Counted from the first letter of the stretch, positions 1 to 16,844 are shown. The stretch: DNA of 64,000 nucleotides from Eledone cirrhosa (GCA_964016885.1 OZ024742.1:324880001-324944000); one strand, 5' to 3'. Numbers and translations: made by a program. The notes: generated by a model from the sequence alone, not told the origin.

Positions 1-180
1 AGCAGACCCATGATGAACTGCAGTCCAGCTGTTACTATGCTGCCTTTTGAGGTGGTATGAATTGTATTACAATAACTAGTGTGTCCTTCATGTTTCAAGA
101 CAGACTTTGATTTCAAAATTTCGTTATCACATTTTAAATGAAAGGTCGTCTATTGTATTTCAAATAAATTGAAAATAATC

Positions 181-630
181 AATAATTGTTTCTACAATTG
201 GCAAAGGCCAGCAATTACCTCAGTGCATTACTGGTGCTTTATTTTATCGACCCCCGTAAGGATAAATGGCAAAGTTAACCTCGACGGGATTTGAACTCAG
301 AACGTAAAGGGCCATAACTCCATGCTGAAAAGCATGCTGTCTGACGCTCTACCAATAATCAATAATTGTTTCTACGTTTGGCACAAGGCCAGCAATTACC
401 AAGTGAATTACTGGTACTTTATTTTATCGATCCCATAATAATTGTTTCTACTTTTTGGCACAAGGCCAGCAATTACCCAGTGCATTACTGGTACTTTATT
501 TTATCAACCCCGTAATGATGAAAGGCAAAGTTAACCTCGGCCGGATTTGAACTCAGAATGGCAACGGCCGTAACTCTATGCGTCAAAGCATGGCGTCCGA
601 CCCTCTACCGATACTGCCAATCCATCGACC
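181..630 (-). mobile_element. Cluster of three tRNA-derived SINE copies (about 181-352, 361-434 partial, 436-630)
   Basis: The minus strand has A/B-box-like TGGCAGTATCGG...GAGTTCAAATCC, then GCCTTTCATC..CGGGGTCGATAAAATAAAGTACCAG (resembles the Meta/MESC SINE central domain) and a GGCCTTGTGCC..AGTAGAAACAATT tail. The same sequence recurs more than 10 times in the window. Confidence 0.85.
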
Positions 631-2181
631 CCATAATAATGTCAGATATTTAGTAAAATAATTAAGGTTTATGCTGTTAAGATGGGGTTAAGGAGGTTTC
701 TTACGTAACATTATTATGGCGGATAAATATAAACACTTAAATATAAGCAATATCATTTGGTAGAAAATAGGGACCGTTAAAGGTGTTTTATTATGAGATA
801 TGCCCATTATATTTACGAGGTCGAATTAGCAAACAGAAGACCATTCTCTGTATTATTTGTTTATGACCACGTCTCTGCCAGGCATCCATTGAATATTTCA
901 GTTCATCCAGGTCTCCATTTGTAATTTATATACATTTTTCAGTTTATAGCGTTTAGCAATTTCTTTTTATTTCAATGCCTACACATTTTCTGGGCTTTTG
1001 GCATGGCAAAATATTTAAACAAATTTTTATGTGCAGTGATAAATTTTGCAATACGCATTTATCTGGAATCTACCATGATGAAAATATATTTGATCTTGGA
1101 AATAGGGATTTATAACATATGTCTATAATCGTTGGAGTTATACATTCATAATTAAAGCGAGAAACTACTACAACAATGGTTTAAGCATATAGGAAAATAG
1201 TTCAGTGAATATTCACGAATTTACCACATGAATTACTATTTTGTCAAATGTAAAAGGCAGTGATCATGATAGTTGCACACTTCTGAATACCGGAGATGCC
1301 ACAAACGTTGGAATGCTGGTTCGTCTTTATAGGTATAACATTGACAGAGATATAGTTAACGCATGCAGTTTCAGGAAATAAAGAAGGGTATATTTGATAT
1401 ATTTAGTGTGTGTATAGCTTTAACAAGATATGGTATGTAATATTAAAGAGTGTTTAACCAATGCTCCGTACGTTTCAAGTTAGTTTAAAGAAGCAGAAGC
1501 AATTTTATTTACGGCAGGAATAATATAGAAATGAAACTCTACATAGAGATAGCGAAAGCATATTGGGGAGTTGGTAATTTTCTTTTATCAGGTTAAATAT
1601 CCTACCGTCTATGTCAGAATTAGCGGCTGAGATTGGGGGATACACGGTTGTATAGTTAAAAATACTGCTACTCGACCACATATCTTGTGTTGGGTATCAC
1701 GGTTTGCTCATTGGACACCATTTACCATAGCCTTGGTTTGGTCAATGGTTTGTGACTGAAATTTTGCAAGTAGAAACTGCATTGAAGCCATGGGAAGCAT
1801 AGCCTATATGATCTGGCCATTTTAATATCATCACTTGTCAAGTGAGTGTCTTTAGCAAAATTTAGTCAATTGCAAGAATTGCAACGATAATTCTACGTTT
1901 CTTCTCAACAATCTTGTACGACCTGAAAAGGGAAATGAGTTATATCTTTCCCTAGTAAGCAATGTCAAATATTTAATACTTTTAAAGCAGAGTATATATT
2001 ACATAAAATTACTTCTTATAAAATTTTTTACAATATTTCAATAGTTATTAGTAAACTGGTATAATTATATAGATAATTTATTTTAGTTTCTATATCGATA
2101 TGTCTTACAAACATCGTCTCCGACAAAAATTGGTACTATTCTCTAGAAATGAAGGATTTTCTTCAGGAGTTCCAAATATAG

Positions 2182-2370
2182 TAATTATTTCTACTTTTGG
2201 GACAAGGCCAACAATTACCCAGTGCATTACTGGTACTTTATTTTATCGACCCCGTAAGGAAGAAAGGTAAAGTTAAGCTCTGCGGGATTTGAACTCAGAA
2301 TGGCAAGGGACGTAACTCTATGCGTCAAAGTATGGTGTCCGACCCTCTACCGATACTGCCAATCCATCGC
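2182..2370 (-). mobile_element. tRNA-derived SINE, same family as 436-630
   Basis: Near-identical to 436-630 over its full length. Confidence 0.85.
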
Positions 2371-2697
2371 CCTTTACAAATATAATAATATCACCGCGGG
2401 TTAAATGAACATTTGGTAATGACTCTTTCGAAGTATAATCTATGGAAAGATTATCTAATTGCTTAACCTCAATTTAAAATTTAATAGAATGGCATACTTA
2501 AAATTAAGCCTATCAAATGTATGAAAATCATGTCTACATTATCATATATATATATATATATGGTATATACGAACGTATGCTATAAAACCTATCCACTTCC
2601 TTGTAGCGTTGATGCTGTTTAGCCACACTTTACAAAGTGATGCTATCCGGTGGTGCCTTTCCAACTAATTTTGTTTTACTATATATATATATATATA

Positions 2698-2744
2698 TTG
2701 TTATGCTTTGGGAGGGCCATGTTGCCAATAAGAAATTCAGAAAC
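2698..2744. mobile_element. Minimal (about 48 bp) tail-to-tail PLE terminal remnant in (TA)n
   Basis: TTGTTATGCTTTGGGAGGGCCATGTTGCCAATAAG is the inverted terminus seen at 58917 and 60095-60128. It is joined to AAATTCAGAAAC, the extreme tail at about 60173-60184. Flanked by (TA)n on both sides. Confidence 0.65.
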
Positions 2745-2761
2745 TATATATATATATATAT

Positions 2762-3849
<1,088 letters not shown>

Positions 3850-4007
3850 CATCCTTACGGGGTCGATAAAATAAAGTACCAGTAATGTACTGGGTAATTG
3901 CTGGCCTTGTGCCAATAGTAGAAACAATTATCTACTAACGTATTGAGTACCTTATTTAGCTGTGCTTACTTCCCAATCCCTTTTGAGATATCATCCTTAT
4001 ATATATA

Positions 4008-4568
4008 CGAGGTTGCATCAAAAGGTTCGTGGAAAAAGTACAGCTGGAAAAACGGTTTAAGTTATGATGTTTATTTTTCGACATATGCTCCATCATGGTC
4101 AAAATATTTCTGCAAGCATTGATGCCAGCCTTTAAGTATATCTGTGTAAAACTGAGGTCGTGAACAGCATCAATGTGTTCCACACTGACTGACGTGGATG
4201 GCCTTCTACTGCAGGGCTCACCTTTAATCTCATCTCTTCCAATTCTAAAACGACATTTGTATGTTGTTGATTTCTTTGGGGCATTGTCCCCATAAACTTG
4301 CTTCAAAGTTTCAATGATTTGGCTGCTCTTCCACCCTAGCTTCACCATCAATTTGATATTTGTCCTGGCCTCAAGTTTGTTGGAGGCTATGTTGCGTAAC
4401 GGGCGCTGACTTCCGATTGGCGGCGTTGGCTGCAACATATATTTAAGGGTTCATGTTAGGATATGTTATGACACGTTAGTACGAAAACGTACAGGTACAT
4501 TGAGATCAAAATCTTTGCATATGATTATTAGCTATATACTTTTTCCACGAACCTTTTGAAGCCCCTTA
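4008..4568 (-). mobile_element. Internally deleted Tc1/mariner (mariner-type) DNA transposon
   Basis: TIRs CGAGGTTGCATCAAAAGGTTCGTGGAAAAAGTA and TACTTTTTCCACGAACCTTTTGAAGCCCCTTA, flanked by TA. ORF 3956-4438 contains a mariner HTH region (RTNIKLMVKLGWKSSQIIETLKQVYGDNAP...RRPSTS) fused to a C-terminal remnant; the DD(34)D core is deleted. Confidence 0.88.
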
Positions 4569-4618
4569 TATATATATGTATATATATAATTATATATATA
4601 TATATATATATATATAGG

Positions 4619-4772
<154 letters not shown>

Positions 4773-4797
4773 ATGTGTGTGTGTGTGAGAGAGAGAT

Positions 4798-4869
<72 letters not shown>

Positions 4870-4871
<2 letters not shown>

Positions 4872-5285
4872 TATAGAAAAAGTAAACGAAAACAACACAG
4901 CACACTGAAGATATATAAGTTTAATGCTTGATATAGTAGGAAGAGTGACATTAAGATTCAGACACTCGTCCCTCATCAGAAGATAGAATGAGAAATAAAA
5001 AAATGAAATCGAAAGATAGAGCGTAAGAAGAGGAAAAAATTGAAAAATATTGAGAAAAGAAAAAAAAAAACCGTGTGTACTCAGTAAATCTCAACAATAT
5101 TTTCTGGTCCTTCTCTTCACTTCTGTCTTTCTATTTCATCTATTATTTCTCATTCTACCTTCTGATGACGGATTAGTTTTCGAAACGTAAAGACTCTTTT
5201 CCTACTGTATCAAGCATTAAACTAATATATATCTTCAGTGTACTGTTTTGTTTGCTTTGTTGTTTCAATTTGCTTTTTCTATACA
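4870..5285. repeat. Diverged fold-back of a putative PLE 3' end with a degenerate hammerhead-like core
   Basis: About 4870-5035 is the diverged reverse complement of about 5108-5285. CTGATGA..CGAAACGTA lies at about 5162-5189. Flanked by microsatellites. Confidence 0.55.
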
Positions 5286-6284
5286 CACATATACACACAC
5301 ATGGTAATAATTCGTGTAATGAAGTAATTTTGAGCTATATATCTGTTCATGCAGAGATGATGATTGAACCTAGATATAAGACCAATAATAAATATAGTAA
5401 TCTGAAAACAAATTAAATCAACAGTACAATTGACTTTGAATTATTCGCAGCGTTTCCTCTACATAACTTATAGACACGAGGCTAATGAAACACCTGATTC
5501 TGACACTAAATATATTGATTATCTCCAACATTTGTATAAGCGCTCAGTCAGTTCTATAGGAATTAAATGCAAGATATATAAACTGTTGTCCCAACTAATA
5601 ATATAAACAACACAGAATCCATAGCAACTGCGTCTGCGAATAATATAAGCGATATCACTATTCAGCAATTTTTAAAACATTAATATTTAATTGAACCAAT
5701 TACGTTTCATTTTATGTCAGCATTATTAATAATAAGCATAATCGTATAAAGCCTCGAAGTGCTGATAGAGGACTAGAACTGGAAAAAGTTTAGAACTGAT
5801 TTAAAACGATATGCAGTTAAGACGTTCGTTTCACACCCACGTCATTTCTGTCTCAATCTCACTGCGCATTGGTCAATGTTTTGTTTTCCTTTTCTGTAAC
5901 ATAATAGATTTAATATAATTGGCTTTTTAGTTTTCCCTATAACTGGAGCAATCTATTTTGTCGCTATTTTGAAAACTAATTTTAGCTCTAGCGATTTCAA
6001 TTGCTTCGGGACCTTTCCAGAGATCCAGACTGCCAGGAACACATGAGGTAGTCAGAGAATACCTTCTCTATTTAAGGATTTTAAGATCTCGGGCCGAATG
6101 TCAACGTCTCCAGATGACTGGCCACATTTGAGCCCTTGAATTGCGCTTGTAACCTAGGCATCCGAAATGTTAGTCATCACTCACACGTACACACACATAT
6201 ATATATATAACAAAGAAAAGGTGGTAAGGAACCAGGTGGACCATAACGATCCAGAGTACACTCAGTACATGTACATAAGAAAAT

Positions 6285-6960
6285 ACAGTTTGAAACTATT
6301 GAATGTGGGTGTCGGACTCCGTCAAGGTTACGTACTGTCACATCTCCTGCTCATTATTTTCATGAAGAGGATTGACATGCGCAGCCGGGTTGGAAGTGGT
6401 ATCACGACTGGTAAGTGTAGAATCAGCCTATATTATCTAGATGACATGTGGACGGTGGATTGGCAGTATCGGTAGAGGGTCGGACGCCATGCTTTGCAGC
6501 AAATAGTTACGGCCCTTTATGGTCTGAGTTCGAATCCCGCCGCGGTTAACTTTGCCTTTCATCCTTACGAGGTCGATAAAATAAAGTACCATTAATGCAC
6601 TGGAATAATTGTCGGCCTTGTGCCAAAAGTAGAAATAATTATCTAGATGACATGTTATTACTTAACTCGACAGGATTGATATGAGCAGAATGGGTGGTGT
6701 TTCTAGTAGAACTGGTGTGTGTATGGCCAGTCACCTGAAATTGGCGAACGACATGGTATTACTTAACTTATCGAAAGGTGATCTCCGACATGTATTTGTC
6801 GAGTGCTGTAGTCCAGGAATAAATATCAGTGGGGCGAAAATTGAAAAATCTGACCTCCCAAGGAAGCCTGAGCAATTATCTGTACGTTTGAGTGGAGTTC
6901 CACTACATCAGGAGACATTCAAGTATCATCGGGTTGGCTTCACAATACCAACGGACATCG
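6285..6960 (+). pseudogene. Decayed RTE-clade LINE reverse transcriptase fragment interrupted by a SINE
   Basis: VGVGLRQGYVLSHLLLIIFM (RT motif B), LYYLDDM and LANDMVLL (degenerate YADD motif). Confidence 0.7.
6450..6637 (+). mobile_element. tRNA-derived SINE with 18-bp TSD
   Basis: TSD ATTATCTAGATGACATGT at 6432-6449 and 6638-6655. Confidence 0.9.
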
Positions 6961-6971
6961 GTCTAAACTCT

Positions 6972-7066
<95 letters not shown>

Positions 7067-7639
7067 GTATGTATATATATATATGTATGTATACGGTATT
7101 AGATTGATAAGAGCTAACTACACTCCTCTAAAAAGTTCAAGTCAAAATACGAGTGTTGAGTACTCTAGTCAAATTAACCACTAAGTAATTCATACAGTTG
7201 AACACATTCTTGCATAGTTAGCATTCCATAAATTTTAACGCTTTTCATAAATATGAAACCTTACGTTTTTCAAACCTTCGTATAAGGATACACGAGAACA
7301 TCTGGTCGGTAAATAAATAACTTTTTTATATTATCTCGTGATTCTGACGATTTCTATACAAAGGAATTAAATGCTACCTCCTTTTGTAATTGAATGAAAG
7401 ATACGTAAATCAATTAAATAACGTATTAATGTGTTGGACCTTGGTGATTATGACTTTTTCATTTATATATGCTCTGTGGTTTTCTAATACTACGATTATG
7501 AGGAATTTACAAATTGGATTTAACTCTGAACTGTCCACCGCCAATCTAGATGTGGATAATATTACATTAGAGTTTTTAATATCTGAATACATTTTACAGT
7601 TGAAATCATCAACTCATATAATCCACCTTATATATACAT

Positions 7640-7938
<299 letters not shown>

Positions 7939-9009
7939 CACTAGGCCACACGCCTTCATATATATATATGTATGTGTGTGTGTGTGCGTGTGGGGATATA
8001 TATATATATATATACATACACACATACGCACACACACACACACATACATATTTATTGGCCAGGGATTGCTATTAAGTTAGACATGATCTGGGCCACTACA
8101 GGCCGAAACCTATCAAAGTTATCAAAGTTATATATATATACATAGAAGTGGTTACACAACAGTTAGTTCACCATACCGAGAACAATTGTTTTACCTTAGC
8201 GGATCCTCACCTAAGGTGAAAAAATAGGGTGGGGGTGGGGGGTTCTTTCATGAAATAACCCCCCCCCCCCCCCCCCCCCACACAACCACTACGATGGTGG
8301 CGGGAGGGATGAAGAGAAAACACAAACTGGATACTTCTAAATTGTTAGCAGCAGCAAGATATAAGCCGACCACTACAACAACAACAGTACCAAAATAATG
8401 GTGGAGGTCAAATGTACTGAACAATAGCAGGCAAAAACACTACAGGGAGCCTCACCCCACAAAGAATTCTATAGACTTCTGACTGAGGAATGCTCTCAGA
8501 ACTGAACAATGGGAAGTTTGACACTTTTTTTGTTATTTTGTTCCTTTAACACCTTGTCCCTTCTACCATTTTATCAATTTTTAAGCTAACTCCAACAATA
8601 ACAACACTTAGAATGAGGAATGTTCTAATAACTGACCAATGAGAGGAGAAGGGGACCTGTGACACGAAAATTCGTTTGTTTGAATTCATATGACTCCAGT
8701 TCCCCAGTGAATTAACAACCCAACAAGGAACTGGGCATATCAGAGTATTGACAATATCATACACCTAAACAACATATGTACTTGTCTATATCATACTAAT
8801 TCAAACTGCCTGAAGAGGTCACAGCCGAAGATGGCTGTCAATAAAATATATATAGCAGTAATAAACGAAGCTAAATTTTAATCATTTGACTTTTATTTAA
8901 CTTTATTTTACACTACTCCGGAGTAACCAAACCAACCTGCACACTTCGTCGAGTGCTCCAGCCTGCATACTGAAGTGTTGGTATACAACCAACATAAACT
9001 TAAAATCTA

Positions 9010-9805
<796 letters not shown>

Positions 9806-9811
9806 TATATA

Positions 9812-10480
9812 TAGTGGTGGAACACTGGGAGGTAATATCCGTACTGGTAGAGCACTCACTCCAAGGGACGAGTTAGGTAGAAGTGGTTACACAACAGTTA
9901 GTTCGCCATACCGAGAACGATTGTTTCACCTTCGCGGATCAGCTCGGGATGTGTATGGTTATAGGAACAGGAAGGACAACCGTACGAACGCGCATGCGCA
10001 GAAACTCGGTCACTTCACACAGGCAATACTAGACTGCGTGCGAGAGGTGTAAGGGAGATAACTGCGAAAGTCCGGAAAGTTTTTAGGTTGAAAATAAAAT
10101 TAAAAAAATTAAAAATAAAATTACAAAGAATTAGTCCGGAGCCTTGTAGTTATGCAATAGATGTTTGGTGACGTGTAGACAGCGTGTGAAAAATTCACTC
10201 CTCGTGTTTAGGCAATCACTATTGCGTAATCTCTTTAGGATAGTTATTCGTTCGTCGTCAATACATAAGCCACACGTCGGTTTTCCCATTGCGTATGGCT
10301 TGGACTTAGTGATGGCTTTCCATTGAATGGAGTAGCCTATACTTGAGTCCTTGAGGGACCATACGTGGCTCGCGAGTTTCGTGGATGAACGTCTGTCCGG
10401 GTATCTAAAGGTAGACTGGTGGTTCAGGAAACTCTCCTTGAATCGGCCTCCGCCATGCCCACATAGGATTTGACCTCCTG
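9812..10480 (-). mobile_element. 5'-truncated PLE (family A): GIY-YIG C-terminus plus 3' region with degenerate HHR
   Basis: RFKESFLNHQSTFR...STKLASHVWSLK...IQWK...CGLC...LNTRSEFFTRCLH matches the PLE GIY-YIG end. The 3' region matches 56968-57728. Confidence 0.8.
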
Positions 10481-10483
10481 TGA

Positions 10484-10545
10484 CTGCATTGTGTGAGATC
10501 TGCCTATGGGTAACGTTACCCATAGGAAGATCTCACACAATGCAG
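10484..10545. repeat. 62-bp near-perfect palindrome at the junction of two PLE fragments
   Basis: CTGCATTGTGTGAGATCTGCCTATGGGTAAC|GTTACCCATAGGAAGATCTCACACAATGCAG; one mismatch and no loop. Confidence 0.92.
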
Positions 10546-10675
10546 CCCCGACAGATGAATACTGCTTGATTATGGCTGACAACTGCTACAACCAGTACAC
10601 CATAGTGAAGTACCAATATATGGAACATTACATTATGTAACATTCTCTCCTTATTTTAATTTATATTCCTTTGAA

Positions 10676-10794
10676 GTTCCGATGAGCCGCTCTGTTTTTA
10701 AATATGTTAATTATTTTCAAGTGAACCAGATCAATAATGATATATAGTCATCTGATCCAGAAATATTATATGGAGTAGCGAAACAATTGCAAAC
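10676..10794 (+). ncRNA. Degenerate type-I hammerhead (CCGAUGA core, long stem II)
   Basis: GTT-CCGATGA-GCCGCTC...GAGTAGC-GAAA-CAATTG-CA-AAC. U16.1 appears mutated to C. Confidence 0.45.
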
Positions 10795-11138
10795 GGACAT
10801 TATTATTATTAATATTATTATTATTATTCTCTACATTCCTTACATCAAACTAAAATATGTTGACAATATTTTAATAATGTCTTCCTTGTGAAATTTGTGG
10901 TCTTGTTTTGCTTAACTAATGAATATTTCCAGCTCTGCGCACCTAACTTCTGCATGAACCCAGCCACCTAGGTGCTTTGTACTGCATATTGCACATTGAG
11001 CACATGCCTTTACGCTTTTGCTTCTAACTAATCACTCCTCTCCTCCAATCACCAATCTCTCCTCTCCACCAATCTTCACCAATCTCTCCTCTCCTCTCCT
11101 ATCTCCATCTCTCTCTTTAAGATTGGTTACTCTTGAAC

Positions 11139-11192
<54 letters not shown>

Positions 11193-11301
11193 CCTGCCCG
11201 CCTAGCCAGTGGGATGGCGTCATCGTATGGCTAAAACAGCACGTGCTGTGACCAGCGGCGCCGAATGGCTCCCAGAAGATGGGTCGGTCAAGGTGATCAA
11301 G

Positions 11302-11337
<36 letters not shown>

Positions 11338-11516
11338 TGTGTGTGTGTGCGTGTGTGTGTGTATGTTGGTGTGTGTGTGTGTGTATTTTTATATATGTTT
11401 TTAGGTGTTTTGGGTTTAATGTTAAGGAGAATGAGACCAGTTGATGTGAAAGAATTGTGCTGTGATGTTTTCATGAGATGCGAATTTGATTTTCGTTGTG
11501 GCCGGATATACATATA

Positions 11517-11740
11517 TATTGTTATACTTGGGGAGGGTCATATTGTGCCAGAAATAATAACAGTACACCCTCACTGTTTGGTTTGGGTTGGTTTTGTTTC
11601 TGTATCTTTTATATCTCCATAGTTAATTTATCAGGCAACCAATGTTTATCATTGACCAACGTTTAAAAATACAGATATAAATATATATATATAATCTATC
11701 AAAGTTCTTTCGTCACACATCTGCGACATTATCATAACTT
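11517..11740 (-). mobile_element. PLE 3'-terminal remnant (TTGTTATACTTGGGAGGGTC family)
   Basis: Same terminus as 16322 and 58917; HHR-like remnant TTTCGTCACACATCTGCGAC at about 11708-11727. Confidence 0.6.
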
Positions 11741-14559
11741 TGACAAAAATTTCGGCCAGTAGTGGCGGAGGCCATGTCGAACTTAATAACACCACCGGGG
11801 AAAGTCTTTCAAATCAGGATTTGGATACTTTTGCCCACTCATGTAGATAGTTAATTTCTACAGAGACATATCCAGGTATATGAGTTTTATCCAGGATATC
11901 ATGGAGGAATTTGTCCAAAGACGTTTCTTTTATGGGATCTGTTTCGGTTTTTAGGTGTTTTAGGTTTAATGTTAAGGAGATTGAGACCAGTTGAGGTGAA
12001 AGAATTGTGCCGTGGTGTTGTCATGAGATGCGAGTTTGATTTTCGTTGTGGCCGGATAGCACGGCACCCTAGACTTAGATGTACTTTAAAGATGATGCCA
12101 ACATCATTTGGACAGAGCTAATGTAGCGCTCACCGCGGCACTGGAGAGAATAGAATTTGAGCTTTTCTAGTCGACTCCAATAGTCAAGACCTGACATGCC
12201 GTCTATCATTTTAAAGATTGACCTTTGAGGTGCTTCAATTTTCATAGTGATGTGAGTTATAGGGGGTTATTTGACACAATTATTACCCAGTCTTTCATAT
12301 TGGGTTACCTTTAAGAGGAAAATGTAAGAATTGGATAATGATAAATTGTGTCTAGACGATTAATAATTGATTGCCGCTCATACTTGACTGAGACAGATTT
12401 ACAATATTAATAATATTTATGAAATAGCTGATTTGTCTTCCCCAGCGCCATAACATTAATTTCATACATATAGTTAAATTTATATAATTATAAAATTATT
12501 ATGGGATAAAATCAACTAACATATAATTATAATAAAACGAAAATAAATTGCTAAATGTCGAATTGTTTGGGTGATATTTAAATGAAACGTTTAATAGCAT
12601 AAAACTATGAAATATATTTAAGTCGATATTTAGTTTTCAGGTTTCTGTATTTGCTCAAGTTCGGGAATAGACGGTTAAATAGTTTTATACTTATTAGTCA
12701 TAGTGTTATTGCATGTCCTAATGGTTATAGTTTAGGGCTCACTGCCATAAGAACGTAGAATCCAATCCTAGAAAGAGTGATACATCATTTGGCAGTTTAC
12801 TTAGATTCAAATGTGTACCAGCAACTGGGTATTAGGGCTATGATTGGCTAACATCCCATCGCTTAATTTCAACACTCAAAACTTATAAAACCGACATAAG
12901 ATCCGGTCTTCATCCAATCTGTAGAACAATAGAAAAGCAGACGTAAAATATATGTGACAAAAAATATTTTATTTACCATCGCCGTTTCGCCGACAAAATA
13001 CCATTTAATTGCTTTTTAATATTTCAATAAGGAAATGAAACCGCTGCATCTCATATACTGGAACTTGAACGCCAAGTAAAGTTTTTATATAGGATTTCGC
13101 GGTGCTCACTTGTTTGAACTACATGGCTAAGTAAACGTTGTGAGAGATCAAGACGCCTCTAAATTCGTTTTGAACAGAAACACAGGAATTATCAACAGAA
13201 ACCATGTTAACTAATCAACTAAATTCAACTTTCTTTAATGCCAACGTTAGAATTTGATTAAATTTTTCTGGACACAGTTGGAATAATTTTGGGCACAGTC
13301 CTGATATATGAAACACTGTTACTAGACAAGAACAGCACTAACAAGAACAATGTCCACAGCGGTGAATATTTCTGTATGACATCTTTTTATGATAACTCTT
13401 CAATGTTAAAATAAAGGATTAATCTGATTTGGTAATGTAGTCCTAGACCCTCTAAACAGGCAACATAGTGCACAGATGTTTGTAAAATCAGTGATGATCA
13501 AAGATTAAAATAAACAACGACTAAAAGTACACCAAAATTAAAAAAACCTACTTAACCTAATGTATACCAAGAAAATGCCGGCAGATTGGTAGAATTGCTA
13601 GGACGTCAGAAAAACATTCTTTGAAACCTTTAGTTAGGCACTTCAAGTTCTAGGTTCAATTTTCGCCGATAAAAAAGTACCACTTAAGTTTGCGGATCAA
13701 CTTAATCTCCATTACACCTTCCTTAAATTGCTGATCATGTGCCTACCTTAGAAATAATAATTTATAAAAGCCAGAGCAGTGAAGTGATAGGTCCTTCAAT
13801 GAATCTCGAAATTGCCTTAAAGTAATGTATTGAAATCTCGCCAAGGTTAACGTTGGCGTTTATCTTTTCGGGATTGATAAAATGGAGTAGCCGTCTGATA
13901 TTGCGGTCGATTAAAGCAATTATTCTTTCATCAGAATTGGTGACCTTGTGCTAAATTAGACACTATTATTCTTACAATCAATATTGACGAACCACATACA
14001 TGCAGCTCTATGACATATCATGTCTTCCTGATATCTGTTCTGATAAACGTAAGACTAATTCTATATACTGTTCTCTAGAAAATCTTGTAATCATCAGATA
14101 TTATTCGATAAAAGGAAAGTATACGAAAAGAAACGAGATGATGTATTATTATAGCTTAAAGTAATATAAATTCTGCTTGACAGATAAGCAGAATGTGTAA
14201 GGAAAAAAATCTATAAATATGAATGTATTAAAATGTCCATATCTTAAGAAAAAATATATACATACTTAATGAATGTCGTCACTATTTCATCTTTTTTTAA
14301 ATAGGAATTTTTGCATAATACATCTATGTATGAATATAATTGTAATAAGCTAAAACACATAGAGACACACAAACACACATACAGGCTCACATCTAAGCAC
14401 ACACACAGCCACATATTCGTACACATATATACTGAGATAAAAAGAAAAAACGTGTAGGATCTTTCATACAGACGCGAAAAATATTGATGTATGTATTTAT
14501 GTTTGAATGCGTTTATGCATGTACGTATATGTGAACGAATGTGTGAGTATAAATGCAAG

Positions 14560-14621
<62 letters not shown>

Positions 14622-15405
14622 TATGTATATATATACATATATATGTATATATATATATATACATATGTACATATATATACATATATACATATATATGTAT
14701 ATATATACATTTATATGTATATATATATATACACATATATATATATATGCATATATTTTTTACAGATGAAATTATGTGAGGTTTTACAGCCATGCGTTTA
14801 CGAACTATACATATATGTATGAAATTTATGTATGTTCGTGTGTATGTGTATGTTTGTGAGAGTGTGCATGTGTGTACTTCTGTGTATATATGTATTTATG
14901 TATTTATGATTTATGTTATATAATTACCATAAATATATATAATGAGTACGTAGATATATATGTCCCCGTTTTATATAACGAAGATTAAATCTAGCAAATA
15001 CACACAAACCAAATACACGTTTACTCAATATATGCAATCTGACAAAAAGTAATAGATTTTAGAAATCGATTAGGGAAAGATGTGCTTAAAAGAAGCAACG
15101 CGAACAACAGCAGAAATAAGAACAATCTGCCTAACTTCCAGCATTAAAAATTACACTAGTGAATGTGTAATTATCTTTTTCCTATTATTTTGGAAATAGT
15201 CCCATGGCAACTACTGCTGTGTCGGACTCTTTCGATGCATGCTTAAATAGATATATATATATATACATATATACATACACACGTTCATTATATACATATA
15301 TACATACATGCACACATACATAGATATATACATAAATACATATATACCGGCATACAAACATTCATACAAACATACACACACACACACACACATATATTTA
15401 TATAA

Positions 15406-15440
<35 letters not shown>

Positions 15441-15517
15441 AATATATATACATATACACATATATATATATATATACATATATATATGTATATATATATG
15501 TGTATATATATATATAC

Positions 15518-15648
<131 letters not shown>

Positions 15649-15701
15649 TATATACATGCATACATATATGAAATCATACACACAGATACGCACACACCTA
15701 T

Positions 15702-15742
<41 letters not shown>

Positions 15743-15744
15743 CA

Positions 15745-15806
<62 letters not shown>

Positions 15807-15862
15807 TATATACATATATATATACACACAAATATATGTACATATATCTATATCTATCTATA

Positions 15863-15898
<36 letters not shown>

Positions 15899-16272
15899 AG
15901 TGTATATATATATATTTATAAATATATATATATACACACACACACACATACACACACATATATATATATATATATATTATGATGTACTAATTATGTTACG
16001 TAAGAAATCTCAAACAGCTAAAAGAGGAATAACTGGTTCTGGAGGAAACACGGAAATTGATTAAACAACTTGACTGCCAGACTTACTGTATACTTATATG
16101 TGCTTAATTAGCGTTCTTTTAATGAATCCTTTATTTACTTTATTTAGATAATGGAAATGTAGTATGTCTGAGAAGTTAGGTGTTGTTACAGCTTCTTCTC
16201 GCATCGATCCTTCTAGTTCTTACATCAACACCTATTCGTCCATCCGTTTCTCTCCGTTTCACCCTTTCTCTC

Positions 16273-16323
<51 letters not shown>

Positions 16324-16522
16324 GGGGAGGGTCATATTTGCGTAATATTGCCAGAATTAATAACAGAACACACTCACTGTTTGGTTGGTTTTCGCTTCTC
16401 GCTGTCTTTTATATCTGCGATCTAACTTACTCGGTCCTCAATGTTGCCATTGACTGACCGGCGGTCAAAAGTAATACAGATACAATATAGACACAAACAC
16501 ATATATATAGTTTCCATAATTT

Positions 16523-16563
16523 ACATAAATCTTTCGTTGCACATCTGCAACATCGTCAGTGGT
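16523..16563 (-). ncRNA. Hammerhead-like motif (extra nucleotide after A9)
   Basis: CCA-CTGACGA-T-GTTGCA gatg TGCAAC-GAAA-GATT-TA; stem I is weak. Confidence 0.5.
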
Positions 16564-16844
16564 GTTATATTAATCGTTCCTCCTGTTGTGTTGTATGTCT
16601 ACGCCATTTTTTTTTTGTTCAGTCTGTCTATATATTTATTTATTTATTTGCTTGTTTGTTTATCTTATTTTATTTTGTCTTCTTTGCATATGCGTTTGCG
16701 TGTGTGTATAGTGTTATGTGTGATGTGTGACTAGTGTGTATAGTGTTGTGTCTGCTGGGTGAATAGTGTGTGTTTATGTGCTTGTTGTTATTGTGCTTGT
16801 GCATGTATTTATTTATCTTATTTTATTTAATTTTATTTACTTAT

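Noticed and set aside
8806-8858. Additional hammerhead-like cores (also at about 20217-20245 and 36925-36945)
   Set aside because: Core or GAAA positions are mutated and stems are weak; they are probably decayed HHRs but too degenerate to call.
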